From Bacillota bacterium (lineage in GTDB: Bacteria; Bacillota; Clostridia; Christensenellales; UMGS416), in the NCBI GenBank assembly GCA_023410875.1, contig JAEYPH010000062.1, positions 14,184 to 78,183 of the forward strand: DNA of 64,000 nt, written 5' to 3'. Made by a program: the position numbers and the translations under genes. This document shows positions 27,259 through 35,902 of the stretch, piece after piece. Numbering within the stretch: the first letter of the stretch is position 1; every line of letters starts with the position of its first letter. The notes below the pieces were generated by a model. That model was not told where the DNA came from, ran no database searches, and worked only from the letters and a program-made list of their open reading frames with translations.

Positions 27259-27420
27259 ATGGAAAAGAAGCAAGAGCAACCGTTGCTTTATGACCCGGCG
27301 CAGTGCCCGTGCTCCAACGCCAAGTGCGAGCGCAACCGCAACTGCGAGGCGTGCCAAAGTTTCCACCACGCCAGGGGCGGCCTTACCCGGTGCGAGCGCC
27401 GGGCGAAGAAGGAAAACTAA
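27259..27420 (+). CDS. 53-aa cysteine-rich mini-protein, hypothetical
   Basis: Below the ORF-track cutoff; translated by hand. MEKKQEQPLLYDPAQCPCSNAKCERNRNCEACQSFHHARGGLTRCERRAKKEN. GAAGAGGAG RBS. Six Cys plus HH, which suggests metal binding. Confidence 0.45.
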   Translation: MEKKQEQPLLYDPAQCPCSNAKCERNRNCEACQSFHHARGGLTRCERRAKKEN

Positions 27421-27424
27421 GAGG

Positions 27425-27594
27425 AAAGGGCTGTCGTGTTCGTCACATAACTGCATAATCATTCATAGTAATTGGTGCCGAAGGTTTCCAAAGGGCGATC
27501 GGAAAGCCCTTTGGTCGCGCCAACAGGCGCGAAATCCCTTCCCATTGAATGAATTATGCACTTTATGCGCTTAACGCGGCAGCCCCTTGGTTTT
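27425..27594 (+). repeat. structured intergenic element, copy B
   Basis: Same 45-nt core (27477-27521) followed by GCGCGAAAT. The arms GGGCTGTCGTG..CACATAACTGCATAATCATTCA and TGAATGAATTATGCACTTTATGCG..CGCGGCAGCCC differ from copy A but pair with each other. Confidence 0.6.
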
Positions 27595-27602
27595 GTTATA
27601 AG

Positions 27603-29867
27603 TTATTTAGTGCCTTCCACCACATAATCCGGTGCGTCCTTGGCCGGCAGGAAGGTTGATATCACTCCATCTCCTCCCTTGTACTTGATGAACACAACAT
27701 AGCCGCCTTCGCTGGCGAGGAACAGGCTGCGCGAGCGGGACAGCACCTCCTGCTGCTGCGCCTTGTCGGTCAGGAAGAGCTTCAGGCCATCGCGCTCCTT
27801 ATATCCTTCAATATCCTGCTGCGCCCCGAACCCGCTGTAGAACATCGGGAAGGAGTGCAGCGCATTGTAGTCGTAGGAGTGGCTTATCTTGCTGTAATCC
27901 AGCAGGCTGACATACTCAATCTCTGCGGTGTTCTGTATCGCGTCCATCCAACCGTTTTCCCGCAGGTAGGCCAGCGTTTCGGTGAACTGCTCCGTGACGT
28001 ATACAAATCCGCCCTCGTAGCCGGCGTCTTCCAACGTGCTGCCCTGCGCTGTGAACGCCAGGATGCACGTCTCCGGCTTTGCCGGCAGATAACGGTCCTC
28101 CGGCGTCTGGGCGGCCAGGTCGTTGGCGATGCAGTTCAGCAGATCTTTACGCCGCCGCTCCACAAGTTGAAGTCCCTCGATGGCACTAAAAAACGGCGCG
28201 CACAGATAAACGTTGCCAGCGCGATAGGGCGCGGTGTCCAAGCCAGGCTGTTCGTCCTCGTCCGACAGCAGATAGTCGCGATAGGCCTTTTTCACCGCCG
28301 CAGTGTTGTCCAGCGCCATCATGGCCCTGATCAGGTCCGGCGTCAGCGCTTGGTAGGCGCGGGTCACGGTGCTGCCGTTTGCCATCGTGTAGGTGATCTG
28401 GGTGGCAGCGCCATACGCCCGGCCGCCGTCCACTTTCATGGTCCGGTTCAGCAGGCCCACCTGTGTCAGCGCGCGGTGAACCTCAATCGCCGCGGCGATG
28501 TCTGCTTTGTCCACCAACGTAATGTCATTTTGAAAACTCATGTCCGGCACGAGCCCGCCCTGACCGCCACCGCCATTGTTGGGCATGTAGAAGTCCAGCC
28601 CGTTGTAGGTCATCTTTATGCTCTTCACGGCGTCGGCAGCCGGCACGAATCCGCTAAAGCCCAACCCGCCGGAAAGGAACCCCCCCGCCAGCGCCAGCAT
28701 GGCGGCCAGGCCTGCGCCCAAGGGCAGCAGGCCCTTCCACACCCGGCGGCGCAGCAGCCGCAGCGGGAGCGCCGCCGCCAGCATCACGCCGCCGGCTGAC
28801 GCCGCCGCGATGGACAGCATGGCGCCGGTGGAAAGCTTCATCGTGGTATACAGCGGCAGCATGTACACAAGCCCGAAGGCGAAGAAGCCGACGGTCAGCA
28901 TGCTGGCGTAGGCGGTGGCCTTGCCCGCGCCCAGCACGCCGGTGTGCTCCACACCGGTCTTCAGGAAGACCCGGTGGGCGAACCACAGCAGCGCGCCCGT
29001 GGCCGCCAGCCAACCCGGTATCAGTGCCCAGCGGATGGGCAGCGGGGGCAGGCTGGCCAGGTATTCCTGATAGCCGGTGACGAGTTTCGACTCGTGACTG
29101 AAGCGGCTGATATATTGGCTCATGAAGATCAGCGGATTCCAGTCCGACAGTTCGCGAACCAACGAGGTGTTCCAGCTGTAGTAGAGCGTATCTGAAAGGC
29201 CAAAGCCGTTGCCGGGCAGCAGGTGCAGCAGCAGCCCGTTCAGGCTCATCCCAAGCAGGGTGGGCAGCGCCATCAGGATCAACGAATAGGCGATGCCTTC
29301 TGCCAGCGTCTTGCAGGCGCAGCACACGAGCACGACTACGCTGTATAGTGCCAGTATCTGCAGGCCCATGCCCAGCGTAAAGAAGGCGATCCGCGCCAGC
29401 GCCAGCCCCACATCGGCGAACAGCACCAGGTTGACCGCCAGCGAAGCCAGCATTGTGACAACCAGTGGCAGCAGTGCGCCTGCGGCTCCCGCCGCGTAGC
29501 GCGAGCAGAACAGCTCATGGCGCGAAAGCCCCATGCCGAACCACGCGTTGGCGGCGCTGCGGTTGAAAAGGAAGCGGAAGGCCATCACGCCCTGCAGCAA
29601 TGCGGACAGCAGCGCCAGCGCCGGGAAAAACAGGCTCAGCGTCGAGCCGTCGAACAAGCAATACTTTATGGAGTTGTATGGGGCTTCGCCCTGCCCGTTG
29701 AGCGAGGTTATTATCACGATGATGGGCAGCACGATCACCGCCAGAAAGAGGATGGTGCACAGTATCGTCAGCAGCATGCCTTCGCCGATGGCCTGCCAGA
29801 AGGAGTGGGCCCACGGGCGGTACCGCCGCACCCTGCTATTCGCCGTCAAAGAGACCTGAGAAGTCAT
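27603..29867 (-). CDS. large polytopic membrane protein with about 330-aa C-terminal soluble domain (putative permease partner of the adjacent ABC ATPase)
   Basis: 754 aa. About 12 hydrophobic segments in the first 420 aa, then a non-hydrophobic domain with no motif I recognise. Overlaps the ATPase stop by 32 nt (start uncertain). Confidence 0.6.
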   Translation of the reverse strand: MTSQVSLTANSRVRRYRPWAHSFWQAIGEGMLLTILCTILFLAVIVLPIIVIITSLNGQGEAPYNSIKYCLFDGSTLSLFFPALALLSALLQGVMAFRFLFNRSAANAWFGMGLSRHELFCSRYAAGAAGALLPLVVTMLASLAVNLVLFADVGLALARIAFFTLGMGLQILALYSVVVLVCCACKTLAEGIAYSLILMALPTLLGMSLNGLLLHLLPGNGFGLSDTLYYSWNTSLVRELSDWNPLIFMSQYISRFSHESKLVTGYQEYLASLPPLPIRWALIPGWLAATGALLWFAHRVFLKTGVEHTGVLGAGKATAYASMLTVGFFAFGLVYMLPLYTTMKLSTGAMLSIAAASAGGVMLAAALPLRLLRRRVWKGLLPLGAGLAAMLALAGGFLSGGLGFSGFVPAADAVKSIKMTYNGLDFYMPNNGGGGQGGLVPDMSFQNDITLVDKADIAAAIEVHRALTQVGLLNRTMKVDGGRAYGAATQITYTMANGSTVTRAYQALTPDLIRAMMALDNTAAVKKAYRDYLLSDEDEQPGLDTAPYRAGNVYLCAPFFSAIEGLQLVERRRKDLLNCIANDLAAQTPEDRYLPAKPETCILAFTAQGSTLEDAGYEGGFVYVTEQFTETLAYLRENGWMDAIQNTAEIEYVSLLDYSKISHSYDYNALHSFPMFYSGFGAQQDIEGYKERDGLKLFLTDKAQQQEVLSRSRSLFLASEGGYVVFIKYKGGDGVISTFLPAKDAPDYVVEGTK

Positions 29868-30741
29868 ATTCTCCTACCTCCATTTCATCCAGAAACAACT
29901 CTTCCAACGTCATGGGCAGCTTTTCCACCAGCACCGGGGACAGCGCCGCCAGCATACCGTCTATCGTCGCTTCGTCGCCGCGGGAGAGGAACGTGGCCAC
30001 CCGCCCGCTGAGCTTGAGCTTGGCGCAGGAGATTGGCGTGAAGTCTTCCTCTTTGGCGTCGGCGGGTAGTATCACGCGGTATTGGCAGCGGGAGCTTCGC
30101 AGGTCGTGGATGGAACTGTTATAGACGATGTGCTGGCGGTTGATGACGCCGATGTGGTCGCAGAGGTCCTCCAGCTCCCGCAGGTTGTGGGAGGAGAGGA
30201 TCACCGTCGTGTCATGGCCGGAGATGATCTCCATCAGCAGCTGGCGCACAAGATTGCGCACCACCGGGTCCAGACCGTCGAACAGCTCATCCAGCAGCAG
30301 ATACTTGGGATGTGTGGACAGCGCCACTATGATGGCCGCCTGCTTCTGCATACCCTTGGAGAAACCGTTGATGCGCTTGTCGGGGTCCAGCTGAAACACT
30401 TTGGTCAGCTTGTCGAAGGTGCTCTGGTTCCAGCACGGGTAGAAGCCCCGGTAGAACCGCGCCATGCGCGCCATCGTGGCCTGCGGCAGAAAGAACACGT
30501 CGTCGGGCACGAAAAACATGTCCCTCTTTCTCTGGGCGTTGTCGAACACGTCCTCGCCCTCCACGAGCACCTTGCCCTCCTCGGGCTTGTACATGCCGAT
30601 GGCGCATTTGAGCAGCGTGGTTTTGCCCGCGCCGTTGTAGCCCACCAGCCCATAGACCGAGCCGCGCTCAGCCCGCAGGGAAAGACCCTGCAAAGCGGTG
30701 AAGTCGCCGTAGCGCTTGGTCAGGTTCTTGACCTCGATCAC
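29836..30741 (-). CDS. ABC transporter ATP-binding protein
   Basis: Walker A GYNGAGKTT, signature FSKGMQKQAAIIVAL, Walker B LLLDELFDGLD. Start overlaps the GntR stop by 4 nt. Confidence 0.9.
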   Translation of the reverse strand: MIEVKNLTKRYGDFTALQGLSLRAERGSVYGLVGYNGAGKTTLLKCAIGMYKPEEGKVLVEGEDVFDNAQRKRDMFFVPDDVFFLPQATMARMARFYRGFYPCWNQSTFDKLTKVFQLDPDKRINGFSKGMQKQAAIIVALSTHPKYLLLDELFDGLDPVVRNLVRQLLMEIISGHDTTVILSSHNLRELEDLCDHIGVINRQHIVYNSSIHDLRSSRCQYRVILPADAKEEDFTPISCAKLKLSGRVATFLSRGDEATIDGMLAALSPVLVEKLPMTLEELFLDEMEVGEYDFSGLFDGE

Positions 30742-31124
30742 GTACGATCATCCCTTTCTTCATTTTCTACGTACACATCTTGCAAGATGGCGCGCGCCTG
30801 CGCCGGTGTCAGCCCACTGGCCCGGGCGGCCTGCAGTGCCGTCCTGAGCTCCTCGGTGGCGCGTTTTTTCAACTGATCGCCGCCCAGCGCGTTGTCGGAC
30901 ACAAAGCTGCCGCGGCCAATCAGCGAATAGATGACGCCGTCGGCCTCCAGATCCTGGAACGCTTTTTTGACCGTGTTAACGTTGAGCTGGAGCTCCCGTG
31001 CCAGCTCCCGTATGGAGGGCAGCTGCTGGTGGGGCTGCAGCGCGCCCAGCAGGATCAGCTCCATGGTCTGGTTTTTGATCTGCTCATAGATCGGCACGCG
31101 GCTGCGCAAATCGATGGTGAACAA
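30738..31124 (-). CDS. GntR family transcriptional regulator (YtrA subfamily)
   Basis: 128 aa. PIYEQIKNQTMELILLGALQPHQQLPSIRELARELQLNVNTVKKAFQDLEADGVIYSLIGRGSFV. Confidence 0.85.
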   Translation of the reverse strand: MFTIDLRSRVPIYEQIKNQTMELILLGALQPHQQLPSIRELARELQLNVNTVKKAFQDLEADGVIYSLIGRGSFVSDNALGGDQLKKRATEELRTALQAARASGLTPAQARAILQDVYVENEERDDRT

Positions 31125-31157
31125 CGGGATGCCTCCTTCCGGGGCAAGTGTGATATC

Positions 31158-31201
31158 TGTGCTAGCACAATTAATATAGCCTCGCCATTCATCGCTGTCA
31201 A
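31158..31201 (-). promoter_or_regulatory. putative promoter plus perfect 12-bp palindromic operator of the GntR-ABC operon
   Basis: Minus strand reads TTGACA, a 17-nt spacer, then TATATT. The perfect palindrome TGTGCTAGCACA (31158-31169) lies 3 nt downstream of the -10. Confidence 0.5.
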
Positions 31202-31459
31202 GAGGGTTGTTATAAGACTATCTGCAAACTTAGTGGTAGAAAATAAAATGCAGAGCCGACCGCCGATTAATTCGGCGGGAGGAAACCGAATACAAAGCGA
31301 GAAACGGCACCATACCCGCCCACAGGCGTCTTCGTCTCCAAACAACAATGTATGTGCAAAATAAGTTGAGGAATCGCCCGACGACCGTCATCGTCGGGCG
31401 ATATACGTCCATTGTGACAAGATGTCTGAATCGCCAAGGCGCAACAGCGCCGCAGGCGA

Positions 31460-31490
31460 AAAAAGGCCCCGATCCTCGGATCGGAGCCTT
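31460..31490 (-). terminator. rho-independent terminator of tyrS
   Basis: Minus strand reads GGCTCCGATCC-GAG-GATCGGGGCC followed by TTTTTT. Confidence 0.6.
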
Positions 31491-31508
31491 CAATACGCGT
31501 AGTCGCTT

Positions 31509-32735
31509 TCATCCATTGTCTGTGTCCTCTATGAGCCGCACCGCCCGCAGCCGGCCACTCTGCAGGATGTCGCCGCTGCGCCAAGTGAGCTGTGGGCCGC
31601 TCTGGCGCTGGCCGTTGAGCCGCACCGCGCCCTGGGCGATCAGCCGCCGGGCCTCGCTTAAGGATGGTGCGAGGCCCGCTGCCAGCAGCAGCCTGGCCAA
31701 ATCCGCGCCATCTGGGCCGCATAGGGAAGGGGGCACGGCGAACGACGGCGCGTCCTGGGGCAGCTCCCGGCGGGAGAAGCGGCTTTCGAAGCGCTCCCGG
31801 GCATCGCCGGCGGCTTGGGCGCCATGGTAGAGCGTCGTCACGTCCACGGCCAGGCGCATCTTGGCGTCGCGGGGGTTCAGCGTGCCGGCGGTCAGGCCGT
31901 CGCGCATCTTGGCCAGCTCGTCAGGGTGGATGTCGGTGACCAGCTCGAAGTAGCGGGAGATCAGCCCGTCGGGGATGCTCATAAGCTTGCCCAGCATGTC
32001 GTCGGGGCTCTCATCCACGCCCACATAGTTGCCCAGGCTCTTGCTCATCTTCTCGCGGCCGTCCAGCCCTTCCAGCAGCGGCATGAAGATCGCGCACTGG
32101 GCATCCTGGCCGTAGGCGCGCTGCAGGTCCCGCCCGCAGAGGATGTTGAAGCGCTGGTCGGTGCCGCCCAACTCTACGTCGGCGTGCAGGTGCACCGAGT
32201 CGTAGGCCTGCATCAAGGGGTACAGCAGCTCGTGCACGCCGATGCTCTGCTGGGCGGTGAAGCGGTTGTGGAAGTCGTCGCGCTCCAGAATACGGGCCAC
32301 GGTGCTCTTGGCTGCCAGCCCCACGACGTCGGCGAAGCGCAGCTCTCCCAGCCATTCGCCGTTGAAGCGCAGTTCGGTCTTGGCCGGGTCCAGCACCCGC
32401 AAGAGCTGGCGCTCGTAGGTGCGGGCGTTCTCCAGCACATGTTCGGCGGTCAGAGCTGGCCGCGTGCGGCTGCGGCCGGTGGGGTCTCCGATGCGGCCGG
32501 TGAAATCGCCGATGATCAGTACCGCCCGGTGGCCCAGGTTTTGGAACTGGCGGATCTTGCGCAGCACCACCGTGTGCCCCAGGTGGATGTCCGGCGCCGA
32601 GGGATCCAGCCCCAATTTCACGGTCAGCGGCCGGCCCTCCCGGTCGGCGCGCAGCAGCTTGTCGCGCAGCTCGCCGGGGCTCACGATCTCCTGCGTGCCC
32701 TGTTCGAGTATGCGCATCTGTTCCTGGATGTCCAT
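31509..32735 (-). CDS. tyrS: tyrosyl-tRNA synthetase
   Basis: 408 aa. HIGH-type motif DIHLGH, KMSKS present, C-terminal S4 domain. AAGGAGG RBS. Confidence 0.95.
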   Translation of the reverse strand: MDIQEQMRILEQGTQEIVSPGELRDKLLRADREGRPLTVKLGLDPSAPDIHLGHTVVLRKIRQFQNLGHRAVLIIGDFTGRIGDPTGRSRTRPALTAEHVLENARTYERQLLRVLDPAKTELRFNGEWLGELRFADVVGLAAKSTVARILERDDFHNRFTAQQSIGVHELLYPLMQAYDSVHLHADVELGGTDQRFNILCGRDLQRAYGQDAQCAIFMPLLEGLDGREKMSKSLGNYVGVDESPDDMLGKLMSIPDGLISRYFELVTDIHPDELAKMRDGLTAGTLNPRDAKMRLAVDVTTLYHGAQAAGDARERFESRFSRRELPQDAPSFAVPPSLCGPDGADLARLLLAAGLAPSLSEARRLIAQGAVRLNGQRQSGPQLTWRSGDILQSGRLRAVRLIEDTDNG

Positions 32736-32765
32736 GTCTGCCTCCTTTTTGCTTTTCGGGAATAT

Positions 32766-33058
32766 AAAAAGCCCGCCCTCTGAAATTCAGAGGGCGGGCC
32801 ATTATTACAGCCTCGCGGTACCACCTCGGTTTGCTTGCGCCTCGCGGCGAAAGCCTTGACGGGAACGGCGGCATGCCGCGATTCCCCAGCGCTGTAACGG
32901 GCGCTCCCCGTCGGATGCCTACTGGGCCAGTACGATGGCCGTTTGGTCCGCCGCTCCGGGATGTATTCCGCTTCACCGCCCATCTCCCTTTCACCAGCCG
33001 GGAGCTCTCTGCGTGGGCTGGGCCAACCGTACTCTTTCCCATCGACGCTTTGCTGTTT
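32766..33058 (-). promoter_or_regulatory. T-box riboswitch leader, Tyr specifier (UAC)
   Basis: Minus strand shows stem I elements AGAGAGCTCC..GCTGGTGAAAGGGAG. The specifier loop GAA-UAC-A places the codon at 32963-32965. The T-box sequence AAACCGAGGTGGTACCGCGAGG is at 32811-32832. The terminator GCCCGCCCTCTGAATTTCAGAGGGCGGGC plus TTTTT is at 32766-32800. Confidence 0.9.
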
Positions 33059-33064
33059 TCGCAC

Positions 33065-33093
33065 ATTCTATCAGCGAGCCATGGTACTGTCAA
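33065..33093 (-). promoter_or_regulatory. sigma-A promoter of the tyrS T-box leader
   Basis: Minus strand reads TTGACA, a 17-nt spacer, then TAGAAT, immediately upstream of the leader. Confidence 0.6.
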
Positions 33094-33113
33094 GCCACTA
33101 TATTTTATGTTTT

Positions 33114-33929
33114 CTATAGCAAAACGGTATCCGCCGCTACAGCCTTGCGCCGCAGCGCTGCTGCCAGGCGGCCGGGCAGCCCGCCTGGCACGGGTAGCAG
33201 CGCACCTTCGGGGCACACATCCACGCAACGCATACACCGCAGGCATGCGTCGCCGTCGATGTCCACGTCGGGCATAGAGATGGCCGCCGTGGGGCAGCCC
33301 TGGGCGCACAGGCCGCAGCCGGTGCACGCCAGCGTGACCTCTGGCACCGGCAGCAGACGCCGGGGGCTCACGGCCCGCAGCGTGCCCAGCGGCCAGCCCC
33401 GCTGCGGCAGGCACGGCGCGCGCCGGCTGGGCTGGCTCTGTTGCATCGGCATGGCCGCACCGCGTTCCAGCCGGAAGCGCGCGTCGAAGCCCAGCTCTCG
33501 GGCGGTTGCCAAGTCACCTTCGCCGGGTCGTGGGTTGCCGCGGCATGGCCACAGCGGGTGCTCCGAGGGGAAGAGGCCGGCCGCCACCGGGCGCAGCCGC
33601 GCCTTGGTGGCCACAGCGTGCAGATCGCGCAGCGCGCTGCCGCAGCCCAAGCCGCCGTAGGTCGCGCACAGCACCGCCGGCTGGCCCACGGCCCACAGCC
33701 GCGACAGTGCCTGTGCCAGCGCCTGCGGCAGCGCGCCGTCGTGCACCGGCGCGCCCAGCAGCACGACGTCCTCCTCGCACAGGCCGCTGAAATCCGCCCG
33801 GGCCGGAGGCAGCGTCAGGTCCACCTCGCGGCAGTCTATGATGCCCATGCCCCGGGCTGTGGCGCGCACCACGGCGGCCGTGGATCCCGTCGGCGAGAAA
33901 AAGATCATCACCGCGCTGTACAGCCGCAT
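33114..33929 (-). CDS. flavodoxin-like protein fused to a 2x[4Fe-4S] ferredoxin domain
   Basis: N-terminal VMIFFSPTGSTAAV (flavodoxin-like). C-terminal CTGCGLCAQGCP and CLRCMRCVDVCP. Confidence 0.75.
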   Translation of the reverse strand: MRLYSAVMIFFSPTGSTAAVVRATARGMGIIDCREVDLTLPPARADFSGLCEEDVVLLGAPVHDGALPQALAQALSRLWAVGQPAVLCATYGGLGCGSALRDLHAVATKARLRPVAAGLFPSEHPLWPCRGNPRPGEGDLATARELGFDARFRLERGAAMPMQQSQPSRRAPCLPQRGWPLGTLRAVSPRRLLPVPEVTLACTGCGLCAQGCPTAAISMPDVDIDGDACLRCMRCVDVCPEGALLPVPGGLPGRLAAALRRKAVAADTVLL

Positions 33930-34053
33930 GGGTCCACCTCCGCATTTCTCAAAGGACTCCCCTCATACATATGCGATACGGAAGGCTTTCCATAACCGAT
34001 TGCACAGACCGAACACCCATGGTATACTTGCGAAAATCTTCGGAGGGACATAT

Positions 34054-34851
34054 ATGTCCGATGTCGTAGAGCGCTATTACGATGAGATCTGCGAGGACGA
34101 GTGGAACCGCCTGGTGCGCCACCGCCTGGAATTCGAGATGACCAAGGCGCTGCTGCTCCCCAAGCTGCCCCATGGCGCAGCGGTGCTGGATGTAGGCGGC
34201 GGGCCGGGGCGCTACAGCATCTGGCTGGCAGGCCTGGGCCACGACGTGACACTCGTGGATTTGAGCGCGCAGAACGTACGCCAAGCGCAGCAGGAGGCGG
34301 CCGCAGCCGGCGTGAGCATACGAGCGCTGCACGGCAACGCGCTGGCGCTGGGCGCACTGCCGCTGGGCCAATACGACGCCGTGCTGTGTATGGGCCCGCT
34401 GTATCACCTGAACGAGGAGGCCCAGCGCGCGCTGGCCATGGAGCAGTGCCTGGACCGCCTGAAGCCCGGCGGCCTGCTGGCGGCTAGCTTCATCAGTGCC
34501 TTCGCGCCGATCATCGACGCGCTCAAGAAATACCCCCACATCATCGACGAATACGACGCTCGCTTCCGCCAGTGGCTGCGCGATGGCCGCGGCCTGGCCA
34601 GCGGCGGGAGCTTCACCGACGCTTATTACATCCGCCCCGAGGAGGCCCGCGCATTTATGGAGGGCTTCGGCCTGCGCGACGGCACGCTGTATGCTACGGA
34701 ATGCCTGGGCGCGGCGGGGGAGGCCGCGCTGATGGCGCTGCCGGCAGAGCAGTTTGAGCGCTGGGTGTCGCTGCTGGCGACCATCGCCGCCGAGACCACC
34801 GTGCTGGGCTGCTGCGAGCATCTGCTTTATATGGGGCATAAGGCCAACTAA
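34054..34851 (+). CDS. class I SAM-dependent methyltransferase
   Basis: VLDVGGGPGRYSIWLAGLGHDVTLVDLS (motif I plus acidic loop). GGAGGG RBS precedes ATG 34054. The upstream part of ORF 33838 is shadow. Confidence 0.8.
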   Translation: MSDVVERYYDEICEDEWNRLVRHRLEFEMTKALLLPKLPHGAAVLDVGGGPGRYSIWLAGLGHDVTLVDLSAQNVRQAQQEAAAAGVSIRALHGNALALGALPLGQYDAVLCMGPLYHLNEEAQRALAMEQCLDRLKPGGLLAASFISAFAPIIDALKKYPHIIDEYDARFRQWLRDGRGLASGGSFTDAYYIRPEEARAFMEGFGLRDGTLYATECLGAAGEAALMALPAEQFERWVSLLATIAAETTVLGCCEHLLYMGHKAN

Positions 34852-34920
34852 TCAGACTACTAGATTGAATTTGAAAATAACGCAAAAAGAATCTGGCTCT
34901 ATGGACGCCAGTAAATCGGG

Positions 34921-34949
34921 GAGCTGCCAGCCAGGCGGCTCTTTTTCTG
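34921..34949 (+). terminator. rho-independent terminator
   Basis: GAGCTGCC-AGCCA-GGCGGCTC followed by TTTTTCTG. Confidence 0.55.
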
Positions 34950-35043
34950 TGTGCGCCACATCCACAAGCCATCATGCCGCCTCTCACGGACGACCCTTCG
35001 CGTTCATAAAGTGTAGTGTCATCAATGAGAAGAGGGTGGTTTC

Positions 35044-35880
35044 ATGTCCTCTGACGCGAGAAGTGTGCTTCTGATCGGCGGCGACCGGCGCAACATATAT
35101 CTCTACGAGTACTTAAAGAAGAATCCAGACATAGAGCTGCATGCGTTCGGCCTGCCCGTGGCCGACCGATCCCTGGCGGACATCTCCCGGGCCACCGGCG
35201 AGGCGGACGTCATCGTGCTACCGATGCCCAGCGAGCGCAACGGCATGGTGCCGCTGCAATCGATGGACACGGCTTATCCGCTGGACGTCATATTGCATGA
35301 TATGCGCGACGGCGCGTGGCTGGTGGGCGGTTTTCTTTCCAAGGAGCCTGAACGGGCGGGCGTACATGTGGTGAACCTGCTGGCCAGCGAGCGTTTCGCC
35401 CAGGCCAACGCCTGGCCCACTGCCGAGGGCGCCATCCGCGTGGCGCTGGAGCGCACCGAGCGTACGCTCAAGGGCTCGCAGTGCACGGTGCTGGGCTATG
35501 GCCGCATCGGCAAGGATCTGGTCAAGCTGCTCAAGGCCTTCGGCGCCGATGTTATCGCCACCGCCCGCCGAAAGGAGCAGTTGGAGGACATCGCCGCCAT
35601 GGGCGTCATCTCGGTGCACACCAACAACATTTCAGAAGCCTGCCGCGACAGCAACTTCATCTTCAACACCATTCCCAGCGTGCTGCTGACCGAGGACAAG
35701 CTGCGCGGCCTTCGCCGTGACGTCGTCATCATCGATCTGGCATCCAGCCCCTTCGGTGTGGACTTTAACGCTGCCGCCCGGCTCAAGCTGGACGCTCAGC
35801 CATACCAAAGCCTGCCCGGGCGCATGTTCCCGCGCACTGCGGCGGAAATCATCTACAACTGCATTAAGGAATTGCTTTAA
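35044..35880 (+). CDS. dpaA: dipicolinate synthase subunit A
   Basis: 278 aa. NAD-binding TVLGYGRIGKDLVKLLKAFGADV. Followed by dpaB and an aspartokinase, as in the Bacillus spoVF-dapG arrangement. Confidence 0.85.
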   Translation: MSSDARSVLLIGGDRRNIYLYEYLKKNPDIELHAFGLPVADRSLADISRATGEADVIVLPMPSERNGMVPLQSMDTAYPLDVILHDMRDGAWLVGGFLSKEPERAGVHVVNLLASERFAQANAWPTAEGAIRVALERTERTLKGSQCTVLGYGRIGKDLVKLLKAFGADVIATARRKEQLEDIAAMGVISVHTNNISEACRDSNFIFNTIPSVLLTEDKLRGLRRDVVIIDLASSPFGVDFNAAARLKLDAQPYQSLPGRMFPRTAAEIIYNCIKELL

Positions 35881-35902
35881 CGTTAAGGACGGAGGGAAAT
35901 CC

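Noticed and set aside
32011-33414. 467-aa ORF on the minus strand spanning the tyrS 5' half, the leader and the ferredoxin gene
   Set aside because: It is out of frame with tyrS, crosses a textbook T-box leader and promoter, and is Arg/Pro/Gly/Ala-rich. It is not a gene.
34950-35043. Possible sporulation (sigma-K-type) promoter upstream of dpaA
   Set aside because: Only a loose CATAAAGTG match to the -10 consensus, and no convincing -35. The evidence is not sufficient to annotate.
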